Shown: one piece after another, positions 12,852 through 25,855 of the stretch
Layout: every line of letters starts with the position of its first letter
Numbering within the stretch: the first letter of the stretch is position 1
DNA from: Octopus vulgaris
Taxonomy: Eukaryota
NCBI GenBank assembly: GCA_951406725.2
Contig: OX597817.1
Span: 5,828,001 to 5,892,000 of the forward strand
Direction: 5' to 3'
Length of the DNA: 64,000 nt
The notes under the pieces: generated by a model
Database searches by the model: none
The model's input: only the letters and a program-made list of their open reading frames with translations
What the model was told of the DNA's origin: nothing
Made by a program: the position numbers and the translations under genes

Positions 12852-13246
12852 TCTATATATATAAAAGTAAGGTTGTGTGGTGTCTGTCTCCTACGATTTA
12901 GATTCCTAACTACTCCCACATTCTGCGGTGCAGTTTAACCAAAAGCAGGTATCTTATAGTCGTGATTCATATCGAGCCCTTCTGGGTATTAGCGCGCGTC
13001 TACGATGAGTCTACGATTTTAAAAAAAAATTATCATTTTTTCCCATTTTTCATGCATTTTTTGCAATTATATAAGGGAAGTAACTCTCTAAAAATGTATT
13101 ATTAAATCTCAGAATGTAAAAAGCTACAGTAACACCCCCCCCTTGTGGTTAGCCATATTGTAATGGCTATTATACTTTACATCTCTAAAAATGCTTATAT
13201 AGTTATTTCCCTTACAAACCCGAGCAACGCCGGGCGATACTGCTCG
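12852..13246 (+). mobile_element. Non-autonomous Helitron
   Basis: A|TCTATATATATAAAA start, subterminal hairpin CCCG-AGCAACGC-CGGG, CTCG|T end (variant of CTAG), no TSD. Confidence 0.75.
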
Positions 13247-13630
13247 TACATATATACAAAGAAAACAATCTTTGTTCTTGTTGCAAAATACCAATACTTT
13301 TAAATTATGATTCCATTATTTTATGCATTTCGAAACAGTTCCGACTCAGAGAGAAGGATTAAAAAAAGATTAGATGACCTAAGAAATAGTGACGTCACAC
13401 TTTGTCACTGCTTGATATTCTTTCGTCTTTCTTTCGCATGTCTACTTTAACTTCCACTTTTACTCATCCTCCCACATCTTAAAATCCTTTCTTTCTCCCT
13501 TGATTACTCTCTTTCATTCTACTTCTCTCTGTCTGCCTTTCTCTCCTTCTCTCTTTCTCTCATGTTTCAACACTAAACAAAACGTAGGTGGGAACTTATT
13601 CTTACACACATACAAACACACACACATATA

Positions 13631-14919
13631 CGAGGGAAGTCAAAAATTATCCGCACTTTCACCATAACATATCTTTATTATTGTCACACTGCCTTCTGCG
13701 CATGCGTGCTTATAGTTGGTATTATTGTGATCAAGTGATCGAAGTTTGAGCCTGATCGCGACATTTTCCTTTCTGGCTTTACACTGTAAGCATGGTCCCT
13801 CCACTAGCAATGCGCACCAGGGAAGAACAAAGAGCAGTGATCCGATTTCTCTGGTCGGGAAGTGCGTCGTGCTAAAATTCATCGGTGGCTTTTAGCACAT
13901 TAGGAGGACAGTGCACTATCGCATAGAAGTATGTATGGGTGAATCGAGAAGTTTAAAAGTGGCCGGGGAAGTCTGACGCACGAAGAAGGAGCAGGACGCC
14001 TGTTAACCTCCAGAAAGATTCAGAAAGCTCCAGAGATGTGACGGTGAACCGGTGAGTTATCACTGATGAGGTAGCTCTTTCTCTGCAGATTAGTCATGGT
14101 TCTTCCTATCAAATCATTCACAATGATCTCGGCTTTCATAAAATATGTGCAAGATGGGTGCCAAGAGAGCTTACTGCAGAGAATAAGGGCAAACGTCTTG
14201 AGGTCTGAAAATGTTTACTTGATCGCTACAATGAGGACAAGGAATTTTTGAGCAGAATTATTGCAGGAGAGTAAACGTGGGGCCATCATTATCAGCCAGA
14301 ATGCAAAAGACAGATTATGGAGTGGAAATATCCTGGCTCCCCAGCGATGAAGAATTTCAAGACTCAGTCTTCCGCGAGAAAGGTGATGCTAACCTATTTT
14401 GGGGACTCAAAAAGGCCTATACTGGCAGACTTCCTGGAAAAGGGTTGTACGATCAACAGTGCAAGATACAGTGCTTTGTTGGCCAACACACTGAAGTCAG
14501 CAATTCGCACCAAACACCGAAGCCTATTGTCGGAGAAGGTTTTGTTGTTGCACGACAATGCACGCACACACACACGGCCACCCATGCCGTTGAAGCCATT
14601 AACCAATTGGGTTTTGAGGTGCTGGAACACATTTCCTAGAGCCCAGATCTCGTTTCTTCCGACAATCATATCTATGGTCCGCTCAAAGATGGCTTACGAG
14701 GTCGTCGATTTCCTACGGCTGAAGATGTGAAGGAAGTGGTGCATAAATTATTGCACGACCAACCAAAACCTTCTTGGGGGGGGGGGATAAGCAAGGTTGT
14801 GGACCGCTGGACCGAGTGCATCGAAAACGAAGGATAAAAATCACGTACTTGTTTACCCCCTACTTTTGTGTAAATGCATTGAGAAAACTAGAGTGCTTAT
14901 AATTTTTGACACCCCTTCG
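13631..14919 (+). mobile_element. Full-length mariner (DD34D) transposon with pseudogenised transposase
   Basis: TIRs CGAGGGAAGTCAAAAATTATCCGCACT / AGTGCTTATAATTTTTGACACCCCTTCG with TA on both sides. Motifs WVPRELT, IIAGE*TW, LLHDNARTH and SPDLVSSD; stops and frameshifts present. Confidence 0.93.
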
Positions 14920-17900
14920 TATACAGTATCATTTTGCTTCCACTTCTGAGTTCAACTTCCGCCGTGGAGAACTTTGTCTTTCCATCCCCTCGGGGTCGAT
15001 GAAAAAGTATCAGTTGAACACTGGGATCGATGTAATCGACTCGACCCCTCCCTTAAAATTTCAGGCCTTATGCCTATAGTAGAAAGGATATATTATATAT
15101 GGATTATTGAGTTAACTCAATAGATACCTTGTAAGTTATTTTACTTTTTCTAGAACAGCCAATGCTAATTCTGGTGGAATGTAATCTCAAAATATTATCA
15201 ACAGATATTAAAATACTGTTAGGCATTTAATTTAGCGCTGTTATACCATCGCACTTATGTTAGAAATCAGCGCGATTTTCCTGAAAATATCAGACGACCA
15301 CTTACAAAGAATTTCACCACTTTGATAAAATCTGCCTTTTAACATTCACTGAATCTTCTCAATGTACTGTATTACCCTTCTAGCATTTACCTCATTCGTT
15401 TGACCTTCTTGAGTAGAGCCAAAAGAATTTTCAAAAAAATTGGCCTTAATACCGTATAAATGCCACAGTTAACAGGATGTCATTGGCTATTCATCATGTC
15501 CACATTTCTGTTTCTCCACTCATCCAGCTGAAGATCAATTTATCTATGTATGTGTGTACATGTGTGTGTGTGTGTGTGGAGAGAGAGAGAGAGAGAGAGA
15601 GAAATAGACAGACAGAGAACTAAGATGGTTTATATAACGTTTTAAATATTTATGTATATCTTTATTACTATTTAATGTATATGGGTCTGTGTTCGGAGAA
15701 CAGCCGAATGGTTTAGTAGTTTGCCTCGTAACCACAAAGTCCCGGGTTCGATTCCACTATATGTTATCTTGCGCAAATGTGATTTGTTACAGCCTTAAGT
15801 TAATCGTTACCTTGTGTGTGAAATTATGTGAAGGTAAACTCTATATACACCCACTGGATGGATTATACCTGTTAGTAACACTCACAATCACACACATATG
15901 CATACTTGAATACATTTGCGCACGTTTTAACATGTTTATCTATGTGGCTATTTTAACTTGTCTGTGTAAATAGCTATTTATCTTGTATACCTAAATCTTC
16001 CTGTGTACATTTAGTTTTTTTTCTGTTGAGGGAGGGAGTTCTCTTTTTCACTGGCTTCACTCACTGAGTTACAACTATACGCGATACTGCCATCGAGAGT
16101 ATAGTCGGTTAATCCCAGCACTTGACGTGTACTTTACTTTATCGACTACGGAAAGATTCGACTACATTATTGAACGTTTTAAAACAATAATATGTGATGC
16201 AATAGAGCTTGGGAGATGATGCGTAGAGGCTCCCTCGGGATAAAGTGAAAATTTAGTGAAGGAAAGAAAAAAAAAGAGGCTTGCCTTTAACATTACGTCT
16301 ATTTCTGTGTATAGCACAGCTGAAATCTTTTGTTCTCCGGTGATTTATGTTAGATAAGGGCTACAGAAAAACACAATATGGCATAATGTATCATTTGAGA
16401 AAACATTTGTGCCTCCGTACTCTCTGCTTACAATAATCAATGTTATATACATACTCTCTACTTGTTAACAATCAATGTTATATACGGGCAAGGGAAGTTA
16501 GCTGCGTTTTTTTTTTCTGTTTGTACACTATCTCTATCTTCTGGTTAAATATTTGCAATTGTGTGAAATTTGCGTAATAAATCCAAAATGCTGCGGAGCT
16601 AGTCTTAAACGAAGAAGCTTGTTAAGGTTATAAAATAAAACAAACAATAAGTATCTCGCTTACATTGGGACATTATTTACCACAAGCAATAGATAGGTCT
16701 TTCTTTATCTTTTTGTGTTTGTTTTTCTTCTTTCTTTTAAGTCTAGCCAATGTTCACAAGAACTGTATAAGTATCATTTCGTACACAGAGGTTGTTTTGA
16801 GAGCTAGGATATTGGGAACTGTGTGCATTGTACATGGGCGTGAAACCACGTTCATGAAAGGACAGAATGTTAATCTCTTGTCTAGCAGTTTAGAGAGAAC
16901 ATCTGTGCATGATTAGAAAATCGATGTATCAATGTTGTACCAACGCACATATATACGCATGAGCCTTCTTTCGCTCACCCCCGTCCTCCCTCTCTCTCAC
17001 TCCCGAGTATACTCTAGTATTTATTTCTAGTATATCTACTTTCATCCTTCTACTTTCATCCCCCTTCTTTCATCCCCTTTGTACTTAACAAACATCAGGT
17101 GAAGCAGTCAGAACGGTAACATATAAAGTGTTGCCCAAAGAATGAAATAAAACCTTGAAAATAAAAAGTTCCTCCAAATACTAAGAAAACAAATTCAGGG
17201 AGTAAAAGCATAAATCTCAATACAGAAATATTACCCCCAAATTAAGGGTGGATTTTTCTCTTTCATTCCTTTCTGGGTGTAAACCCACCCGCGTATAGAA
17301 TTACTTACTAACAAGCAATGACAGCTGATGGGGGAATGGGAAATATCACGAGGCTGAAATGGTGTATGAAGAGTAATCTGAAGCTGAAAATCCTAAGTGT
17401 TGACAGTGAGAAGAGGAAAGTTGGTTAAGAAATATAGATATGGGAGACGGCTATGAAGAAAATGCGTTAAAGACTATATATCATACTGGGTATTAGAGTT
17501 TATCAGTAGTAGGGTTTCAGAGGTTGGGTTGCTGCTTATGGTGTACTCTTTTTCGAATGGCAGTAAGACTAATTGCCAACAACATACATTGTCGCCATGT
17601 ATGCAAACGCCCAAACACATTTATATATACACTCGTGTATGTACATGTCTATGTTCGCATACCTTTATGCATATATACTATTATGTATGAATATATCTGT
17701 ATGGATGCATTGAAAAGTGCTCCAGTACCGGGGATAAACTCTAAGAAAATGGAATCAACGAACTCTATTCGAATCTTCATTTAGAGCTCATTTATTTTAC
17801 ACAAACAGGCAGAAAACAAATTATGAACGTTGAAGATATGTCTACCCACAATAAAACGAAAAGGTTGATTACCCATAAATTGATATTTATTACACCAAAA

Positions 17901-19166
17901 AGTTAAATAATTCTCTTTTGTGGGGTATATATTTATATGTTTTATCTTTACATATAAATATGCAAAATATATATAATTTCATATAAGCATGTAAAGTGAC
18001 CATACGTGTGTGTGTGTGTGTGTGTGTAAAGCATTTTAAAATAATTGAACTCTACGAATATGTATAGTTTCATTCCTTATGAGAGATCATCAGGCATTAA
18101 AATAACTTCCACAGTTATTACTATCAGTGTTGCCTTGTAGTGTAGGAAAAAGCAATTGCAAGAATAATGATAAATCACCTTTTGTAGGTGGTGTGTTTTT
18201 TTATTTATTTTTATTCAATTACGTATAATTTTCGCTAATTAGGCTGTAAGTTCAAATTTTGCCATGGCACTTATTTTCTGCAGCAAAGTAATTATGAAAC
18301 TCTGTTCTATATTTCTTTTAAATAATAACATGGTTCGTTTGCTCTTTGTAAAAAAATAATATCGATTTTAAAATAAAGGATGTACAATAATAAAATATTT
18401 AAAATTATATTAAAAATACGTTATAATTTAGAAGGAATAAAAAAACAATTTAAATATTTTAGATTATTAGACATGAACAAAGATAAAAGAGAATTGAAAG
18501 TTAATTGGATAGGAGCACTTGTGTATCTTAAAAATTATCTTCACGAATCTATTTTCTTCTCTTTTTTTTATGAGAGAAGAAAAAGACATTCCAGAAGTTG
18601 AATGTTATATTTATATAGGTTAGGTTTATTATTCCTTTTTCACTCTAGAAATTACTTTTCTTACTTTACAAATAAGTGTCGCTTTCTACTGTCATGTTTT
18701 GGTTGTTATTGTTTTTCTGATTGCTAGGTAACCGTCTCACCTCTCTCATCTCTCTCTTTCACGCTCCATCTTCATTTGCTCATTAATGGCATAATTAACA
18801 ATGTTGTTTTAATGTTTGACGACCTCCCATAAAGAGATAAACAATATCTATTTGTAGCATTCGGTTTTATATAAAAAGAAAACAAAAGTTCTTTATCAAT
18901 TTCCCCCCTAGTCTGCAGTGAATTCTTTTGATAGCTTGTAGTTTACAGTATCCTTTGATTAAACACACACATATAAGTACACTCACATACCCGAACACAT
19001 ATATACACTCACACGCATGCACACAAACACACACGATGAGCTGTCAATTAGTCGGACTGAAACCGAAGCAAGTTGATCTAGAAGCGAACATTTTAACCAC
19101 GGGCAATGCCTGCGCTTGAGCTCTCACCTATACGTGTATATATGTTATCAATTTAAAAGTGAGTTA

Positions 19167-19520
19167 AGGGCGGCGAGCTGGCAGAATCGTTAGCACACCG
19201 GGCGAAATGCTTAGCGGTATTTCGTCTGCCGCTACGTTCTGAGTTCAAATTCCGCCGAGGTCGACTTTGCCTTTCATCCTTTCGGGGTCGATTAAATAAG
19301 TACCAATTACTTAATCCGTTTGTATGTCCTTGTTTGTCCTCTCTGTGATTAGCCCCTTGTGGGTAGTAAGAAAATAGGTATTTCGTCTGTCTTCGCCGAA
19401 GTCGGCTTTGCTTTTTATACTTTCGGGATGGATAAAATAAGTACTAGTTGAGCACCGGGGTGGATGTAATCGACTATCCCCATTTCACAAAATTTCAGAC
19501 CTTTCCAAGAAAGGAATTCA
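19167..19520 (+). mobile_element. Family C SINE with partial internal duplication
   Basis: GGCGGCGAGCTGGCAGAATCGTTAGC head and GTCGACTTTGCCTTTCATCCTTTCGGGGTCGAT core; GGTATTTCGTCTG restarts near 19377. Confidence 0.85.
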
Positions 19521-19661
19521 TTGGCGAGTTTATTGATGATTAAATATTTCTCCCCTCCTTCAATCGGAGAAAGTGCCTTGTGGTATTTGTTCCGGCTCTT
19601 TGCAAATCCGAGTTTAACTTTCATTCCTTCAATGTAGACAGACAAGAATCAGTCAAGTTCT

Positions 19662-19730
<69 letters not shown>

Positions 19731-20175
19731 TTCTCTCCGTTGCGCCTTCAGAAAAATCAGAGGAAGCGACTCGCTTGCAAATGCTTAAATGCTTTTAAAT
19801 CCATCCAAGTTGTGAGATGTATCACCAGAACGGCAATAAATAATATCTTAATCCCTTGCAACTCAAACCACACATATGCTTAGAATGAAACATTTTGCTT
19901 TGCTTTCTTAATATGATTTTAAACACGAAAAATTTTAATTAATCTGATACTACAAATGACAGTATCGATATCTCCAGAAATATGTCACTTAAATTATGAG
20001 TTAAGCATGTTTTTCTTTTTTCAATTAACTGGAATATATCCATCAAAGATAAATAATTAAATACTGTAGCCATATGACAAGTATTTGATCGAGTATCCAA
20101 AATTTCTCAAAAACGGAATCCCTTTCTCGAGACAGTGAATTTTTAAGTTTGGTAATCACAGATAATGTGATCTCT

Positions 20176-20481
20176 TTTCTTTTCTTTTTTCGCCCTTTTC
20201 AAGCCTAGCCAGGTTCATGGGCCCGGTTTCCCGGTTTCTGTGGCGTATGTGTTCCCACCACGCAGCTGGACGGGACGCCAGTCCATCTCAGCGTTACTCA
20301 AGAAACAGGAAGAGAGAATGAGAGAAAGTTGTGGCGAAAGAGTACAACAGAGGTCGCCACCCAACCCCTACCGGATCCTCGTGGAGCTTTTAGGTGTTTT
20401 CGTTCAATAACCACAACGTCCGATCTGGGAATCGAAACCGCAATCTTCCCTGCCCTAACCACTGGGCCATTGCGCTTCCAC
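20176..20481 (-). mobile_element. Chimeric SINE: family A head plus family E tail
   Basis: 20300-20481 matches family A and 20190-20299 matches 50888-50980. Flanked by TSD AATGTGAT(C/A)TCT. Confidence 0.8.
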
Positions 20482-20519
20482 AATGTGATATCTAGATTTT
20501 TCTTTTCTTGTTTTTTTGA

Positions 20520-21480
20520 GAGTTGATGGCGGGTATATTTAATTTTCTGGATTTCTTTTCATGTGAATCTGTTTTGATATTGCTGTCCGGTTTCGCTTCA
20601 AGAATTGTATTGGCCTCTGCAGCTCTCGAATTCGTACTTTTGATTATTCCTGCAATATGCTTTGGATCATTTTGTTGGAAAGTCCTCGACCGGCTCAAAT
20701 AACTCAAAACGTTAAAACATAGTTTTCTCCAAGGCCCCCAAATGGATCCTATTTTTCTTGATGTCCTTCATCTGATATACCGTAAATCCTCGAGTATAGT
20801 CCGCCCTTGAGTATAATACGCAGGGGATTTCTAGGGTGCTGTACCTCTGAAAAACCTAAACCTTGTGTATAATACGCACCCCTTCTTTGTCTTGAATCAA
20901 CGTCCTTTATTATTATTGTATATATAACATAATGCAAAGGTGTAGCTTTTTTGTGCATTTTGTTTGCAGAAAATAAAGAAATAACAGTAATAACGTTTAA
21001 TAAATGTTGCTTACTGCAAGTTATGGATGATTCTTTTGTGACTTCATTGCTTTCAGGCTCAGCTTAAGGGATTTTCGCGCTCGACATCACAAAATGCGTC
21101 TGAATAAACATTGCCGGACAGCAAATAGAGACTCGGACATTGCTTAAAAAATAATTTTCACTTTTAATCTCGTATATACTACGCAGTAGGGATTTTTACC
21201 TTTAAATTGGGGGGAGGGGTGCGGATACTCGAGGATTTACGGTATAGGTTCTGCTGTGTTTATTTTTTTCTTAGTGCACTGCTCCAAGCCATGATATTAG
21301 CCCTACCATATTTAACTATCGGGCGTCAGAGAGGAAACATATCAAGTTCCAATTCACCGCGACCAAGCATTTTCTGTGTTCTCTACAGTCAGTTCCTAGG
21401 CAAAATGAATTCAGACGTCGTTTGAATTTACGTTAGAAAAAGATGATTTTAGGTTGCTTTTTTTTTATGCTCAACACGTC
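20520..21480 (-). mobile_element. Highly degenerate Tc1-like transposase fossil, interrupted by a MITE
   Basis: Minus-strand PIVKYGRANIMAW (cf. PTVKHGGGSIMVW) right of the MITE and TFQQNDPKHIA (cf. FQQDNDPKHT) left of it. Confidence 0.65.
20780..21242. mobile_element. pogo/Tc2-type MITE, copy 1
   Basis: TIR CCGTAAATCCTCGAGTAT / ATACTCGAGGATTTACGG with TA TSD; second copy at 29665. Confidence 0.88.
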
Positions 21481-22344
21481 CCACAGGCTCCGAATGCAGT
21501 CTGCTACTGCCGTCAAACGACGACGACGGTGATGATCATAATGAAATTTTATATTTGCCAAAGGTCAGTGTTTGCGAAAAGAGGAATAATCGTTTATCTT
21601 GACCGTAGTAGTTGACTGGTACTTTATCGACACTGACATAGCAAAGGATAAAGTTGGCCTGACGGGATTTGAACTTAGACAGTAATGGAACATAACTAAA
21701 ACTCCACAAAGCATTTTGTTCGACAAGAATAATAATTCAGAACAGCCTCCTGCTGCTGACGACGATGATGATGATTATTATGATGATCGTTCTAAATTAC
21801 GAATGAAATGTCAACGTTTAGGCAATCATAGTATGCTTTTTTCTTTCTCTTCATATACTCTCGGGAGTATATTACGAGCACCCTGTCTAACATTCCTTAT
21901 TAGTGCAACAGAGGAAGGGGAAAAAAGGGACACAGTGTTACTAATGAAATGTTTCTGTGTCACCATAATTATTTCATTAAATTTTTCGGAGAGATTTTAT
22001 TTTCTTGATTTTTGTACTTTTTACTATGTTATCGGTGTTTTAATAGTTGTTGCGGCTGGCTACTGTCCGCCCGTTTTCGCCTCTCTCTCTCTCTCTCTCT
22101 CTCTGTATACATATATACATTATTGTTATTAATCAGCAGAAATTACAGCCTCAAGGGTTTCGTACATAAGCACTTTGTATCGCCAAACGCGTATGTGTGT
22201 AGGGGTGTGTGTGTGTGTTAATGTGAAATATATATATATATAAGGAAAATAGGACAAGATATAAAATGCTAAAATGATTTTATCACGAAGAACATTTTAG
22301 TGAATATATATATATATATATATACATATATACACATGTATGTA

Positions 22345-22383
<39 letters not shown>

Positions 22384-22388
22384 GTATG

Positions 22389-22424
<36 letters not shown>

Positions 22425-22427
<3 letters not shown>

Positions 22428-22930
22428 GTCTTAGTATAAATTTGGTGTGTGTTGCATTCCATTGCTTGATAAATTAAAAAATATATAAACAAACGACATA
22501 GCGTATACTGAATGTAAAATCAAATGGGAGAGAAACAGAAAGTCCATAATCCTTCGTCAGTTATCGACCAACGGTACTTTTCAGTTTCGCACCGATCATT
22601 TAGGTGACATCCTGGGAGTATAGTTTATTTCGAATGGTGAGAGATGAGCGAGATGATATGCGTAAGGTTGTAATGATGTCCTCGTGTCGGACATGGGTGG
22701 AAAGATTCGGTATCATTGAAGGGAGCGTCATAAATTTTGTGAACTTCTCGAAAGCAAGACACATCGTACGTGTGTTCGTGGGATAACAAATGTCCTGTAG
22801 ATCTTACTCTATTGATGCCTCACTGTTGCTCACTAAGGGATATTACAGTTTGCAGAAGGAGATGGTCGGTTTACAGGTGTCTCTGTAAAATGTCGGGAAT
22901 TAGAAACAAGGGTCAGCATATCAAAATACT
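22425..22930 (-). mobile_element. Probable Penelope-like retroelement 3' remnant
   Basis: Complex sequence abutting a microsatellite; the minus strand has CTGACGAAG followed by a pyrimidine-rich tail like the other PLE-type remnants here. No coding motif confirmed. Confidence 0.35.
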
Positions 22931-22956
22931 GAAATATTTTCATCAGTAAATACTAT

Positions 22957-23190
22957 GTGAAGACTCGTAGCTTAGTGGTTAGGCAGTTGCACTCACGATC
23001 GCTAGATCGTGGTTCGATTCCCAGACCGGGTGGCACGTTGTGTTCTTCATTTCACGTCGTCCCGGTTCTTCTTGCGATCAGGGAAGATGCTGGCCTGCTC
23101 ACCTTGCTAAAACGATGCAATGCACATTGTGTTAGTAATGTATAACAAACTCTGATGCTCTGGCCAGTCACATGATCACGTGATATGTTA
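22957..23190 (+). mobile_element. tRNA-derived SINE (family F), internally deleted, about 85 bp upstream of the exon acceptor
   Basis: TAGCTTAGTGGTTAGG A box and GGTTCGATTCC B box; a related degenerate copy lies at about 37110-37420. Confidence 0.7.
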
Positions 23191-23273
23191 TCAATTTGCC
23201 AAATTAAATTTCGCATGTCTGTAATACCATCCTTTACACTAGTTTAATATTCCTTTCTTGTCTCATTTTACAG

Positions 23274-23458
23274 GAAGCGGAATCGGCCGTGAGCTAGCCC
23301 TTCGGTTTGCCAAACTCGGCTGTCGAATGGTCCTCTGGGATGTTAATGTTCCAGGCAATGATGCAACTGCCAAAGCCATCAAAGAACTTGGTGGTAGCTG
23401 TTACCAGTATAAAGTGGATCTCGGTAACAAAGACGAGATTTATGAAACGGCTCGAAAG
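23274..23458 (+). CDS. SDR16C5: SDR16C-family dehydrogenase (epidermal retinol dehydrogenase 2-like), first visible coding exon; 5' exon(s) not found in window
   Basis: Acceptor ttttacag|GA (phase 1) and donor AAG|gtaaga. Encodes (G)SGIGRELALRFAKLGCRMVLWDVN...YETARK, the second half of the TGxxxGxG Rossmann motif. The Asp in LWDVN suggests NAD(H) preference. Symbol is family-level; orthology is not tested. Confidence 0.93.
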
Positions 23459-24410
23459 GTAAGACTGATTTTGTCGTTGTCTTCTGTCACACCATTCTTA
23501 TCCTACTGTTGTTCTGCTGCTGCTGTTAAGATCTTGTTCTGCTGCTGTTGGTTTCTTATTCTCCAGCTGTTGTTCTCAAGTTCATATCTTGCTGCAGTGA
23601 AGTTTCATCTCTTCTAGACCAATAAAATAAGTAAAAATATTGACGATGATATTTCATTACTTAAACTCTTACAACATTTAACCCTCTTCATCCAAAAGTT
23701 CTCTTTATATTCAGGAATTCTCAAGATGAATTATGGAATTAACTTTATGTTAATAATATTCTATATATTTCTTTATTTGCTTTATATATTTCTTTAATAT
23801 TCTATAAATTAAAAATACTAAATGCAGAAAGGTAGAAAAGCCGTATGTTGTTCTTTGTTGTTGGAAAGGCGTTGCTGTTAATTTTCCAGGGGTCGTGCAT
23901 TGGCTGAACCTTTTCAACGCCAAGTGGTATCTAATTACGAACCTTTACATTCTAAATTCAGATCTTCATGAGATCTATTTTACCTTTCATCCTTCTGCAG
24001 GCCAATAAAACTTCTATGAATCGACATTATCGATTATATCTCCCCTCTGACTTTGAGACTTGCACCTATGTAAGAATTAACTTTTTCCAAGAATAGAGAG
24101 TTGATGGAAGAAATTGTTAGTGAAATGTTGAACGAAATATGCTTTGCAGCTGCTTTATCTTGTAGATTCAGATCGTGCCAGAGGGCGCTGTTTCCCTTTC
24201 AACCGCCCTCGGGCGACGAAATACACACCAGAGAAATACCAAGGACAACGTTATCAAATGTACTCTTCCTCAAAATTAGTGCCCTTTTCTACATTTTATA
24301 AATGTGTGCTCATATTCAAATTACGTGCTCTTGTGCCAATATTAGAAATCAATATTAAAATTTTCTGAATTATCAACTATCTTTAAAGTGTATATTTACA
24401 ATAATCTTAT

Positions 24411-24736
24411 TGTGAGACCTCCTTCGGTCACGACACAGACCATGGGATTGCACCTAGAGAGTTACTCTCCCAGGCACAAGTCAGGGCAAGATTAATTATG
24501 GAAGACCAGCAGTCGTCCATGCATACCGGCTTCCCCTCTCCACGCCACTAGTGTTATCCAAGGGAAAGGCAAAGGGCCGATACAGCTTGGTACCTGTGAC
24601 GTCGCAACTCATTTCTACAGCTGAGTGAACTGGAGCAACGTGAGTTAAAGTGCCTTGCTTAAAGAACACAACACGCAGCCCGGTCCGAGATTCGAGCTCA
24701 CAACCTCACGATCGTAGGCTCATGCTATGCGCCTTC
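24411..24736 (-). mobile_element. tRNA-derived SINE (family D)
   Basis: 13-bp TSD ACAATAATCTTAT (24398-24410 / 24737-24749). Central CAGCTGAGTGAACTGGAGCAACGTGA block is shared with the 50881 element. Confidence 0.85.
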
Positions 24737-25456
24737 ACAATAATCTTATAGTATATTTACAATAGTTGTATCTAAACTTCGTTTCGATGAACTCTGATGT
24801 TCATCAGGTAGCTCTGTTTATCACATTTCAACCAGTTCAATAAAAGTCTTATAAATATAATTATCGTAAACGGGATTAATAACAGGGGGAAATTATCAAC
24901 TTGTATAAGATGGTGTGACGTTAAACTAACTATGGATAAGGAGACCGCCAACTTCGATGAGCAAAATTTTGATCAAGCGTATTCAAATGGTAAAACATTC
25001 TCGCGTTTTCTTTTTTAGACACTGCTTTCAAGATTACATTATTCAATGTATCGTTTTTGTAGTTGTTTTTTCTGCGGTAAATACGGCTGCTATTTCTCGC
25101 AGATCAAGCAACCACGTAGATGCTCCCGTTTTGACTAATCATTCGTATATGAATGTGAGAATATTTTCTTCTTTGTACATATAATTTGCATATAACTAAA
25201 CGTATATTTGTAAACCTGGCTGCTTGCGTATATAAATCTATAGATGTGTGTGTGTGTCAGTCCCCGCTGTTTCTCTGCATTTGTGTGTGTGTGTGTGTGT
25301 GTGTAAATGTATAGGTATGTCAATTGCTTTCACAAGTGGGGTAGCAATGATTACGATAAAGACCGAACTTAGCCTTTCATGTGTGCGGCATCCATATACA
25401 TTTTGTGTGTGTGTTTGTGTGTGTATCAGTATATTCTTTGCATGAATGTCATTACA

Positions 25457-25491
<35 letters not shown>

Positions 25492-25855
25492 CATATATGG
25501 TTCCAAATTTCTGCTTACGTGTGTGTGTGCGTGTGGTTACATTGCGGGTGTTCAAGGATACATATTAGCGAGTGTGATTTGGTTGTGGTTACATATTTGT
25601 GTGCGTGCGTTTGTGTGTCTTTTGGTATTTCTTACTTGTGTGCATACCTTTTTTCTGTATGTTTATGTCTGTATATATATACCCTCAACGATCGGCATTT
25701 TATCATTAGTTTTACAATGTTCGCGCGTGTAGACAACTTGTGTGTGGTGTACAAATACGCTAGTGACGATGGCGATGTCAATAACAATATATCACGTTAT
25801 GAATGTGTTTTTATTCTTTTGTGTGTCCGTATGTATGCATGTGTAAACCTGTTTT

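Noticed and set aside
18062-18098. Minus-strand CTGATGA...GAAAC hammerhead-like motifs here and at 24775-24812
   Set aside because: Stem II, stem III or the cleavage triplet cannot be formed convincingly; at most decayed remnants.
20526-20702. Hydrophobic + strand ORF MAGIFNFLDFFS... as the N-terminal anchor exon
   Set aside because: It is the antisense of the Tc1 fossil and has no suitable donor or TG motif.
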